From Marsupella aquatica (Eukaryota; Plantae; Marchantiophyta), in contig OZ316898.1 in the NCBI GenBank assembly GCA_973895155.1, forward strand, positions 6,311,079 through 6,375,078: a stretch of DNA of 64,000 nt, in the 5' to 3' direction. Within the stretch, counting starts at the first letter, position 1, and the number at the start of each line of letters is the position of its first letter. The position numbers and the translations under genes were made by a program. The notes under the pieces were generated by a model. That model was not told the DNA's origin. It made no database searches and saw nothing but the letters and a program-made list of their open reading frames with translations. Of this stretch, positions 13,973-24,682 are shown in pieces.

Positions 13973-15061
13973 TTATGATTTGGATTGAGCAACGTCGTCG
14001 AGATCCGTCGTCCTGATAATGTCCGCCCACTCTCCAAGTGATTTCGTCTCCCTCTCCAAAACTGCTCCGATATAGGGTACCGAATCGCTCCCCAACGGCA
14101 GCCTCAACGGCAGTGTCCGACCCTCGCAGCGACCACTCTTCGTCAACACTTCAACAATCAGCTGTGCCCCTTTGGCCGGGTCGCCGGGTTGCTTACCTGA
14201 CACGGCAGACACCATTTCCCTCACTGGATCCATGAAGGGCTGGAAGTCCTCGATCCTCTGCGACGCACGATGCAGGTTGTCGAGCAAATTAGTGCGGAAG
14301 GTGCCCGGTTCGATGACCGTGACCTCGATGCCCAAATGCGCTACCTCCTGCCGGAGTCCGTCCGTGATTCCAACCAGCGCAAATTGGTTCCGCTGTAGAG
14401 AGCGCTCCCGGGAAAGCTCTGCCAGCCGACTATAGAGCCGATATTGGCGATGACTACGGTCTTGCGAGAACGCATGTGGGGTAGGACAGCACGAGTGACA
14501 GAGAGTACCCCGAAGACGTTGGTTTCAAATTGGGCCCTCGTTTCTTCGTCGCTGTTAGATCAGAGTTGATACCAGTCAGACAACTGATGTTAGAAATGGA
14601 GCATTCAATTCACTCAATTCCTCATCACTGTGAGAGCGAATACAAAAAACGCAACGAGAACTTCGTATTAGAAACAGAGTCTGCAGTGAGAGGAACTTCG
14701 TAGAAAACGTTACTTCATGATGAGGGTAAGGGCATCATGTAATTGCAGTAGAAGAGGTCTCTTACCTGCATTCCTCGATTGTTCCAAGCACGCCATAACC
14801 AGCGTTGTTGACCAAAATGTCAATCGCGCCATAGATCTGCAGCGCCTCATGGATGGCCTTCTGTACCGTAGCCTCGCCCGCCGTGACGTCCAACGCGAGT
14901 GTAGCAGCGCCTGCAACCTTCAAGCTCTCGAGTTTTGTGACATTGCGACCCGTTGCGATAACTTTGTCCCCATGGGCAAGAGCAGCTCTCGCTAGCTCAT
15001 TGCCAAAGCCGGAGGAGCAGCCAGTGATGAGCCAGACTTTTGACGAAGCGATCGTGCTCAT
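13973..15061 (-). pseudogene. Classical short-chain dehydrogenase/reductase (fungal-like), 2 exons, frameshifted at the catalytic YxxxK
   Basis: Exon 1 (15061-14766) reads MSTIASSKVWLITGCSSGFG...IDILVNNAGYG, carrying TGxxxGxG and NNAG. Intron 14765-14552 is GTAAG...CTAACAG. Exon 2 is 14551-13973. The spliced length is 875 nt (3n-1): TAC AGC GGA ACC AA- TTT GCG lacks one base at about 14384. Restoring it gives YSGTKFALVGITDGLRQEVAHLGIEVTVIEPGTFRT. Confidence 0.88.
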
Positions 15062-15084
15062 TCTATTGCCTGTTGGAAATGACT

Positions 15085-15696
15085 CTAGGATTTCTCCGTG
15101 CTCGGAAGATGAATGAAGGTATTGAAGTGCTTTCAGGAACCACACTCGCTGGTAAATCAATCTAGGATTTCTCCGTGCTCGGAAGATGAATGAAAGGGAA
15201 TTGAAGTGCTTCAGCCACACTCACTGGTAAATCAATCTAGGATTTCTCCGTGCTCGGAAGATGAATGAAAGGGAATTGAAGTGCTTCAGAAACCACACTC
15301 ACTGGTAAATCAATCTAGGATTTCTCCGTGCTCGGAAGATGTATGAAAGGGAATTGAAGTGCTTCAAAAACCACACTCACTGGTAAATCAATCTTGGATT
15401 TCTCCGTGCTCAGAGGATGAATGAAAGGGAATTGAAGTGCTTCAGAAACCACACTCACTGGTAAATCAATCTTGGATTTCTCCGTGCTCAGAGGATGAAT
15501 GAAAGGGAATTGAAGTGCTTCAGAAACCACCCTCACTGGTAAATCAATCTAGGATTTCTCCGTGCTCAGAAGATTAATGAAATGGAATTGAAGTGCTTCA
15601 GAAACCACACTCACTGGTAAATCACTCTAGGATTTCTCCGTGCTCGGAAGATTAATGGAAGGGAATTGAAGTGCAGCAGAAACCACACTCACTGGT
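15085..15696. repeat. 78-bp minisatellite, 8 copies, in the 5' region of the SDR
   Basis: Unit ctaggatttctccgtgctcggaagatgaatgaaagggaattgaagtgcttcagaaaccacactcactggtaaatcaat starts at about 15085, 15162, 15237, 15315, 15393, 15471, 15549 and 15627. Confidence 0.95.
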
Positions 15697-15980
15697 CGAG
15701 CAGTTCGAACATTGATATACAGCAATGAACTAGATCCACTCAGGAAATTTTCTCATGGGTTATCTGTAACAGCGAAAGCGTTCTCACTCATGGTGGATTG
15801 CAGTCACAAAAGCTGTTGCATAAATCAATATTTTTTGTTGTGGCACTGGACCCACAGTAGCCCTTGCGTGTGCAGGAACATAGTGAGCTCGTGGAACTTG
15901 TTGTCCTCGTGGAACTTGTGTTCACATAATAAGATCTTCATAGTTAGGAGGCACATCAGAATTTATAAATCAGGGATCTT

Positions 15981-16711
15981 CATGGTGCCACCAAAGGGGG
16001 TCTTCACAAAACGAGCGACGGCATCTTCATGGTCCCATTTGGGCGTCTCCAAGCTCTGGTATACCAGGATAAAGACTTCCTATAAACTGTGTCATAACTC
16101 AAAGGGATGGTGGTGCCACAAGTGGCACTTTGTACCAGGATAAAGTATACGGCTAAGGACGGGAGTTATGGGATATACAGTCGACCCACTTATGCAGGGA
16201 GACCATAAATGGGAGAGTATATGCTGGGATGAGTGACCCACCTTAACATTATGTTAACATTATGTTAAGGTTGTCAAATATTGACAAATCATACTCTGCC
16301 ATGTGTAATGACAACATCCTCAACATCCAGACAAAACATACTTTACCATTTTTATTGATAAGATCATGAATATCCAGCTATTCCACTGGTAAACATATTA
16401 GCCTAGCAGACCGTATTCATATTCAAACATATTAGCCTAGCAGACAGTATTCATATTGTTCATTTCTAATGAGATAAAATCCAAGAGAGATGTGCTGATG
16501 TGTCAGGGTATGAGTGAACCAGAACCTGAATTGAAGACCAGCCGACCTTAACGACTATTCATAAACTCTCTCATAACTCAAGAGTCATGGCTGGTGCCAC
16601 CAAAGTGGCCCTTCACAAAACAAGCGAAGGCATCTTATGGTCCCACTAGGGCATCTCAAAGCTCTGGTATACCAGGATAAGGACTTCCCATAAACTCTCT
16701 CATAACTCAAG
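15981..16711. repeat. Dispersed direct repeat (~120 bp x2) plus short internal duplications; probable TE debris
   Basis: ggtgccaccaaag...cttcacaaaac.agcga.ggcatctt...aagctctggtataccaggataa.gacttcc.ataaact occurs at about 15981-16102 and 16586-16711. aaacatattagcctagcagac..tattcatatt occurs twice at about 16391-16457. Confidence 0.7.
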
Positions 16712-17257
16712 AGTTATTGGAGCTCGCATAAAAGTAGAGCAAGCCAGTAGTTGTGATCTCCAGTTGAAGTAAGGAAAGTTCGCAAGCTCAACACTTAACC
16801 AATAACCTGAATAACTTTCCTATAATTACAGACACAATTTTGGAATGCTTGGGGCCTGGCGTGGTGGTGGCTACTGCATTTGGGATGGCGATTGACCAAG
16901 CATCAAGGAAAAGAGATCTATATACCATCAGACTGAGGTGAGGCCATAACCCTTGTCTTATGGGGAGTCAATGTCTTCAACCCATTTTTCAAATCCTTAA
17001 TTTGGTCCTATAACCAGAGTTATGATATAGACCATGAATCCGTAACTTTCAGCCACAGCCTGCCTTTGCGATGCCCTACTAAAGTGGCATAGACTTTTCA
17101 AACCAGCAGAGTCAGCACTAGCCAGGACACCTCAAACCTGACCATAGATAACTTTCTGTGCCCAAAAGTACCAGTTTTGACATTGGTTGCAAGTTGTAAA
17201 CCACCAATTGTGAGTCTGCCACTTTGGTTTTGGGAAAACCTATGTGACCGTGATTGA

Positions 17258-18130
17258 CCTAACCAGGACCTCACCTGGTGCATATTAGCCACCAACTGTG
17301 ATCTAGTATCACTCAACAATGGAACATTCTCCAAAATGTATGGAGGAGATATATGATGATGCGCCTGCAAATACCTCATGACTCGCAGCATCTCCCAAAA
17401 CATGTGGGAATGATGGTCCTTTAGACCAGATCCAGTGCCTGCAAAGGAATGGCCCTGGCATGGCCAGCCATCAAGCACTAAGTGTATCTCACCTACTCGA
17501 GCAAAATCTGGCGCCCCCAACAATGAGATATCTGTAGGTAATGCATGCACATAGCCCCAAATAGCTGATAAGGGCAGTAACTCGGGAAATTGTTGATACA
17601 ATCTAGCAACATGGCAAAGAGACACACACCTAGCAGTCTCATCTCTCTCCACATATAGATATTGCTGCACTCTAATACCATCCTGTAAGATAGCAACTAA
17701 ACCGATACTCATGCCACCAAATTGTTGAGCATAGACGACATTCGTAACGGCAAGCCCATGAACCATCCAACGCACAATAGTCGACACAGAGAGATACGTG
17801 GTTCACCTCCACATGAGGCTACATCCACGGGAACACACAAGAGCTTTACTGTACTCTAGGCCGACCGGCCATACCAAGCATCCACAGCACAAACTCTCCC
17901 TATCTCTCAACTAGCTCTGTAACAATGAGCCTAAGTTCCACCAGGGTCTGGCATCAGCCCTGGCTATATGCACAACAGCACTACCGCTAACATTAGCTAA
18001 GTCCTAACCCGAGTTAGACTAACTGTGGTTAGCTCAAAAGTAACAAGACTAGAGCAATATCTAACACAAATAACTCTAGCATGTGAATACCCTCTCGGGA
18101 CATGTCCACAAAATGGGTGTGGTGTCCAAT
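17258..18130 (-). pseudogene. C5 cytosine DNA methyltransferase domain fragment (retrotransposon-associated type), interrupted by a solo LTR and 3'-truncated
   Basis: After removing the LTR, motif I reads EGIHMLELFGGMSIGL, followed by YLYVERD (II), LPTDISLL (III), catalytic GWPCQGHS (IV) and YILENVP (VI). Similarity ends at about HQVRSWLG; motifs VIII-X are absent. No introns. Confidence 0.85.
17723..18066. mobile_element. Solo LTR (344 bp, Copia-like) with perfect 5-bp TSD CAAAT
   Basis: It begins TGTTGAG (17723) and ends CTAACA (18066), with CAAAT at 17718-17722 and 18067-18071. The internal acacagagagatacgtggttcacc...ggctacatccac resembles Copia LTRs read antisense. Excising it restores the DNMT frame (ELF|GG). 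Confidence 0.9.
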
Positions 18131-19092
18131 GGCGACATAGTAATCAAACTGGAGCAGCAACTTGGAAGTTTTCATGAGCGTAAAGGTTTCATGAGCTTAA
18201 ACCTGGAACGGTTTGTGAGCTTTCTTGGAGGCTAGATATATATTATCGTGCCAAAGGGCAAAAAATGCTGAACCGGGAGACATGATCCCAATGGCAAAAA
18301 CAACCCATGAAGGGAAGGAAAAGAGGCTAGAACTCCTGCCTAGACATGCATTATAATACCTAATTTATGTTTGGGAAATGGTTAATATTTGTGGGCAAAA
18401 ATAAATTTAAAAAATTATTTGTGGACAATAGATTATGGGAATAGCAAGGGCCTCCAAAGTTGTTTACATGTACTTACTTGCCTTCCTAACAGAATTTACT
18501 AAATGCAGAAAGGATATATATTACACTAGCCCAATGCCCATCACAATTGTCATTTCACCCATGTAATTACTGATCTGACAATGTCAGGCATTCAACAACA
18601 ATGTACATTCAAGTGGGACAAGATAATACATGATGAGATTGGGGATTGAAGTGTCACAGGTTTGGTTGAGTGCTTATATATGGCTACAAAAATCTTAGTT
18701 GTGATCAGGATACTTGTCGCAATCGTTCTTATTGTTACAAAAATGACCAGCCAAAAAATAAAGATGAGCACATTTTGCACTAGTGAATTTATTCAAACTT
18801 GGCCCACAAAATCCAGGGTTAAACTACTTCTGCCACTTGCACAATGTTTGCCAATTCTTGAAAAATTAAACTGCACCATCAAATGAGTAGGGCAAATTAC
18901 TGGATATCTTGTCTGTGAACTTTGGGGAGGAATGGTTAGCTGAGAGGGTGAGTGAGTATGAAAGCAAGTTGAGGGTGCAAGAAATTTATCTGCATTGGTT
19001 TCTCTGACTTCTACTTGGCAGGGAAGCGGTCTGAGGGAGCTAAGATTGGTGTCATGTGTACTATATGGTTTGGTTGTTGCCTGTTCTAGATC

Positions 19093-19372
19093 GAGAGTTG
19101 ACTATCAAAAATCTTAGGAACCACGTGCGATCCAAAATATGTATTTTTGATAGAAATTAACTAAATTTCTAAAAAACATAGAAGGAAAAAGAAGGTATTA
19201 TAAACTCATGCTTATAGATTATTCTCTAATATATACCTTTTATAAAATAAAATAGGTTATTAATATTGAAAATGAAGAATATTCTTAAAATATTTTCTTT
19301 ATAAAATAGGTCTATTTATATTAGGCTAGGATCGCATGTGATACCCCAAAATATACATTGAGTTAACCCCCC
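19093..19372. mobile_element. ~280-bp AT-rich MITE, with further copies at ~20680-20961 and ~22266-22910
   Basis: Imperfect ~45-bp TIRs: (ggggg)gttgac...ccac(a/g)tgcgatcc on the left and ggatcgcatgtg...gttaacccccc on the right. Confidence 0.7.
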
Positions 19373-22300
19373 GAGATCTAGTAATGCTTCTAGAATTCTT
19401 TCACATAATTTTTTGAGCTTTTGTTCTCTGTTGTTGTTCATGTGATCAGTAGCTGCAATGCAATAAACCTTCGTTCCAGGGTGTTCAACAGAGTACCTAG
19501 AGAAGTGCTAGAGAGGTTAGTGCCCACCTATCTCTAGTTTTTCACTCTTATTTTTCTTCCTTGCATTGTGGACCTGAGTATTGGCTTGGCTTTAAGAGCA
19601 GATTTTATTGACATTTGGCAAATCATGACTCTTCTTTTTATGTTTGATATTTTATTGTTGTTTCTAGAGTTTGGAGCCCAATCTTATTAGGAATGTATTT
19701 ATAGGTTAGTGTTTAATCAAGGTGACTAATATTAGTTACATATCAAGTGTGAGTGTGAATTCAGGCAATGAAAGGAGTCAAAGGAAGGAAATGCAAAGAG
19801 ACACATGAGGTTAGTATCTGTTCAATTAAATTTCTCCAACTCAAATGGAGAAAAATAACAGTTGGGTTTATTGAGAATAAAAGAATAAAAACTTACTAAT
19901 CAAGTTTTTTTTTATAAACTAAAATGACTCTGTATTGGGTTTTGGGACTTGACAAGTGTTGTCTCTTGTGTGCCTTTTCTGCAGAGCATTTGTCTTACTT
20001 GGAAGGACAATGCTAGGGAGTCTATCACCTCCGAGACACTACAACTAATTTGACAGATTGCCCCTGGGCTTACTATGGACGACCCTGCAATTGTGGTGCA
20101 GGTTACAGATCAACATGTTGTTCACGCAATACTTGGTTTGACATTATTTTGTTCCAGCTGGTTTTTAACAGGGACCCACTCAACAGGTTTCTTATGATAG
20201 ATTTAGGTCTTGGTTAGTTACACAGGCTCACTTGAGTTCTGGAGTGAGTGTTGCCTAGCAGATTGATGCTTCGCACACCACTTGTTGGCAACATCCCTCT
20301 CTTGATCAGATGCTTGACATAGTGTATGTGAGATGGCAGCATGCACATTGGTTAGGTGCCATCCACGACGCCAGATATCCTAGTCATGTTTGCCTGGTCC
20401 TGTGCATGATAGGCTCACACAGTGGGCGTGCTAGTATGGGGATAGTGCCTCACGTTTTCTATTGAGACTTAATGCTTGCTATTGCCAGTATGTTGGTTGG
20501 TTTGGATAGGGACTAGTCCTGTTATTGTCATCATTACTTGTTCAGTTTTAGATAGGTGGGATTGACTCCAGTTTCAAAGGCACATCGTTTCTTTTTCTAG
20601 TTTTTTGACATTTTGATACAATCACAGTGTGATTGATCAGTTGCAATGCCCTTTTTTCCACCGTTGGCTTCATGCTCTTGGGGGGTTGACTGTAAAAAAT
20701 CTTAGGAACCACATGCGATCCAAAATAGGTATTTTTGATAGAAATTAGCTAAATTTTTAAAAAGCATAAGAAGCAAAAGAAGGTATTATAAACTCATATT
20801 TAAAGAATAATCTATAATATATACCTTTTATAAAGTAAAATTAGTAATTAATTTTGAAAATAAAGAATGTTTTTGAAATATTCCTATTATAAAATAAGTG
20901 TGTTTATATTAGGCTAGGATCACACGTGGTACCCCAAAATATACATTTAGTTAAAAACCCTGAGATCTAGTAATGCTTCTAGAATTCCTTCACATAATTT
21001 TTTGAGCTTTTGTTCTCTGTTGTTGTTCATGTGATCAGCAGCTGCAATGCAATAAACCTTTGTTCCAGGGTGTTCAACAGAGTACCTAGAGCAGTGCTAG
21101 AGAGGTTAGTGCCCACCTATCTCTAGTTTTTCGCTCTTATTTTTTTCCTTGCATTGTGGACCTGAGTATTGGCTTGACTTTAAGAGCAGATTTTGTTGAC
21201 ATTTGGCAAATCATGACTCTCTTCTTTTTATGTTTGATATTTTATTGTTGTTTCTAGAGTTTGGAGCCCAATCTTATTAGGAATGTATTTATAGTTTAGG
21301 GTTTAATCAAGGTGACTAATATTAGTTACATATCAAGTGTGAGTGTGAATTCAGGCAATGAAAGGAGTCAAAGGAAGGAAATGCAAAGCGACACGTACAT
21401 GAGGTTACACATGAGGTTAGTATCTGTTCAATTAAATTTCTCCAACTCAAATGGAGAAAAATAACAGTTGGGTTTATTGAAATAAAAGAATAAAAACTTA
21501 CTAATCAAGTTTTTTTTTATAAACTAAAATGACTCTGTATTGGATTTTGGGATTTGACAAGTGTTGTCTCTTGTGTGCCTTTTCTGTAGAGCATTTGTCT
21601 TACTTGGGAGGACAACGCTAAGGAGTCTATCACCTCCGAGACACTACAACTAATTTGATAGATTGCCCCTGGGCTTACTATGGACGACCCTGCAATTGTG
21701 GTGCAGGTTACAGATCAGCATGTTGTTCACGCAACACTTGGTTTGACATTTGTTCAAGCTGGTTTGTAGCAGGGACCCACTCCTCAGGTTTCTTACGATA
21801 GATTTAGGGCTTGGTTAGTTACACAGGCTCACCTGAGGCCTAGCAGATTGATGCTCCGCACACCACTTGCTGGTAACATCTCTCTCTTGCTGAGATGCTT
21901 GACATAGTGTATGTGGGATGGCAACATATGCATTGGTTAGGTGCCATCCAGGACGCCAGATATCCTAGTCGTGTTTGCCTGGTCCTGTGCATGATAGGCA
22001 TAGGATGTGGGCGTGCTAGTATGGGGATAGTGCCCCACATTTTCTATTGAGACTTGATGCTTGCTGCTGCCAGTATGGTGGTTGGTTTGGATAGGGACTA
22101 GTCCTGTTATTGTCATCACTACTTGTTCAATTTTAGATAGGTGGGATGGACTCCAGTTTCAAAGGCACATCATATCTTTTTCTAGTTCTTTGACACTTTG
22201 GTACGATCACAGTGTGATTGATCAGTTGCAGTGCCATTTTTTCCACCGTTGGTTTCATGTTCTTGGGGGGTTGACTATAGAAAATCTTAGGAACCACGTG

Positions 22301-22464
22301 CGATCCAAAATATGTATTTTTGACAAAAATTAGCTAAATGTTTAAAAAGCATAGGAAGCAAAAGAAGAGATTATAAACTCATATTTAAAGAATACTCTCC
22401 AATACATACCTTTTGTAAAGCAAAATAGATAATTAATATTGAAAATAAAGAATGTTTTTGAAAT

Positions 22465-22831
22465 TTATTCACCCTATTCATTAAAAGTGTATATTATTTT
22501 GTTCACTTTTAGGCCTCTAAATGTTCACTTTTTATTCTCTAAATGTACACTTTTTATTCTCTAAATGTACACTTTTTAAACCCAAAAGGTACACTATGAT
22601 GCAATACTCTACACCTAAATGATTAATTGGAAACCTAAGAGGGCAAAAATGATCTTGACTATAAAGAGTCTCATCCTAGTTCATTTACAAAGGATAAACA
22701 TGGTGGTACATTTGATGACCATCAACTTTATTTCTTGTCCAATTGTACACTTTTTCAAGGCCAAATGTACACTTTCTAGTGCCCAAATGTTGAATAATAA
22801 TTAACTTTTAATGAATAAATTATAATGAGAA
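22465..22831. mobile_element. Second MITE nested in the third copy of the 280-bp MITE
   Basis: About 365 bp absent from copies 1 and 2. Perfect 14-bp inverted repeat tattcattaaaagt (22475-22488) / acttttaatgaata (22804-22817). Confidence 0.7.
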
Positions 22832-22921
22832 TTCCCATTATAAAATATGTGTGTTTATATTAGGCTAGTATTGCACGTGGTACCCCAAAATATACACTAA
22901 GTTAACCCCCGAGACTACGAG

Positions 22922-23881
22922 ATGGCGAGTGAGGAAAGGAAGACCAGGAAGCTTCCCGTGAATTTTGCTCAAGAGTTATATGGTGAATACACCTTTCAGA
23001 TTTTGTCTTATTCAAAGTTTTGGTGTCTTATATTTTTATTTCAATGTGCCTTATCAAGGGGCAGCCTGTGTATAATGTACATTTTTATTTAATTTATGGA
23101 CCCCTTTAATTTTAAATCTAGAGTACTTTGAACTTATTGTGGCAGCCCCTTTATAAATTTTGATGTTTGTGATTTATCAGAGATGAAGGAATGGCTACAG
23201 TACACCACTTGAACAAAGTATTCTCATGAATGAGAGAAATGGTTCTCATTGTGTCTTAAGTTCTTCTTATGTCTTTTTTTCCTAAGTTTATGGTTTTTAT
23301 TGAAATGAGTGTCATTCATGAGTACATTGAATTAAGTGTAGACATCGTAGCATCCTTGATTGTACTTTTCATTAGTAGCTGTGCACCAATCTTTCTAGTT
23401 ATGTTCTCATATTTTATTTACTTTCAAATCACTACAAGACAAAAACTCAAACATTACAAGACAAAAACTCAAACATGTTCCACCATGCTATATTGAGAGT
23501 ATGGAACCTTGGATGGGGACTCAGGGGGCCATTAATCCTTCACCAAATCAGGTGGTGGATACCGGAAAGGTGTAGGAGGAGGCTCACATTGAGAGCGAGC
23601 AGACCCCTGAAGGACCAGCCAGCAAAATTTTGGGGAACGACCTGGAGGTTGATTCTCCTCCACCTGTTCGAATGGAACCCTCCTCTCCAGGAGCTCATGG
23701 AGCACAACGTCGAACACCACCTGTAGGACTTGAGGATAGAGGCATCAAGAAAAGTCGACGAGAGAGACTTGACGACCAATTCAAAAAGACAAGTGCTAAC
23801 TTCTTGGAATTTCTGGGAAAAGACTCAGAGCGCAAAAGTAGACTGGAGGAAACAAATAGAACCTGGGTTGCAAACAGATGA
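22922..23881 (+). pseudogene. Myb/SANT(trihelix)-like fragment, possibly a PIF/Harbinger ORF1 relic
   Basis: MASEERKTRKLPVNFAQELY(GT donor) joins ESMEPWMGTQGAINPSPNQVVDTG, then an in-frame TAG and a low-complexity/coiled tail. This resembles the C-terminal side of Myb_DNA-bind_4-type domains. The acceptor is degenerate. Confidence 0.4.
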
Positions 23882-24682
23882 TTGTGATTTGCCCTCTCCC
23901 CGTAGCCGAGAAATTGAACTGAATTGTATCGTCTCCCGTGTGCATTTAGCTCAGTTTTCGTCGCATTCGTTAAGTCTTCTGTTGATTTCGTCATTGCTGG
24001 TCTCAGTTGATTCTGTCGAGGGCGTCGGATGCACTGTTAGTGGTTTCTTGTCAGCTCTGAATTTCGAAAGCTTGAGGGAGGTCAATTCTCTCTTCCATGA
24101 CCTCGTTGGGAAGTCGTTTGGAAAAGTCTGGATCTTGAGTGAAATATTGAATCCGACACTCCGCGAACTGAACACGAATGCCTTTGAGCCAACAAGTCTA
24201 ATGTTGCTTTATGGCACCAGGTTTGTTGTTGCTTTATGGCACCCTAAACTGTGTTCTAGTATGTTTCTTTTGGGTCCTTTTTGTTTTTCTTCTCTCGTCC
24301 GTTGATCTAGTTTCTAGTCTGCTTTCCTTCTTAGGTTTTCGTCCTGTCTTCAGTTTTCATCTGGAAGTACACCCGACTAGAAATATTCCCAGGAAAGCGT
24401 ACCGGTAAGGGAGAGCGACCATCTCCTGGTTGCGTGCCCCTGCTTAGAAGCGAATCGCATCTTTGTAGGCTTGTTGGCATACAGGTGAAATGGTTCTGAA
24501 ATGTCATGGATTTCCTCACACTTATTGTATCATAGAAGGAGGACATATGCAATCCTTGTTCTCTCTGGGACGACCCCGAGTACAACGAACTGGCAATACT
24601 TGAGTCCAGGACACTCAAACTCTTACTGATCTCGTATGTAAGAATGGTATTCAATCTACTTGTATGCTCTGTTTCTGTGCAG

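Larger units (their letters stand above)
19093..22915. repeat. Tandem segmental duplication, ~1.59-kb unit, two full copies plus a partial third
   Basis: gttgact..a.aaaatcttaggaaccac.tgcgatccaaaata starts at about 19097, 20685 and 22270. 19.37-20.68 kb aligns colinearly with 20.96-22.27 kb. Confidence 0.93.

Noticed and set aside
15085-15696. Regular repeat array as a possible CRISPR
   Set aside because: The units are head-to-tail copies with no unique spacers, there are no cas genes, and the context is eukaryotic. The same applies to the arrays at 41.9 and 58.3 kb.
17098-17787. 229-aa ORF as an intact methyltransferase gene
   Set aside because: Its N-terminus is LTR sequence, motif I is split, and motifs VIII-X are replaced by unrelated sequence.
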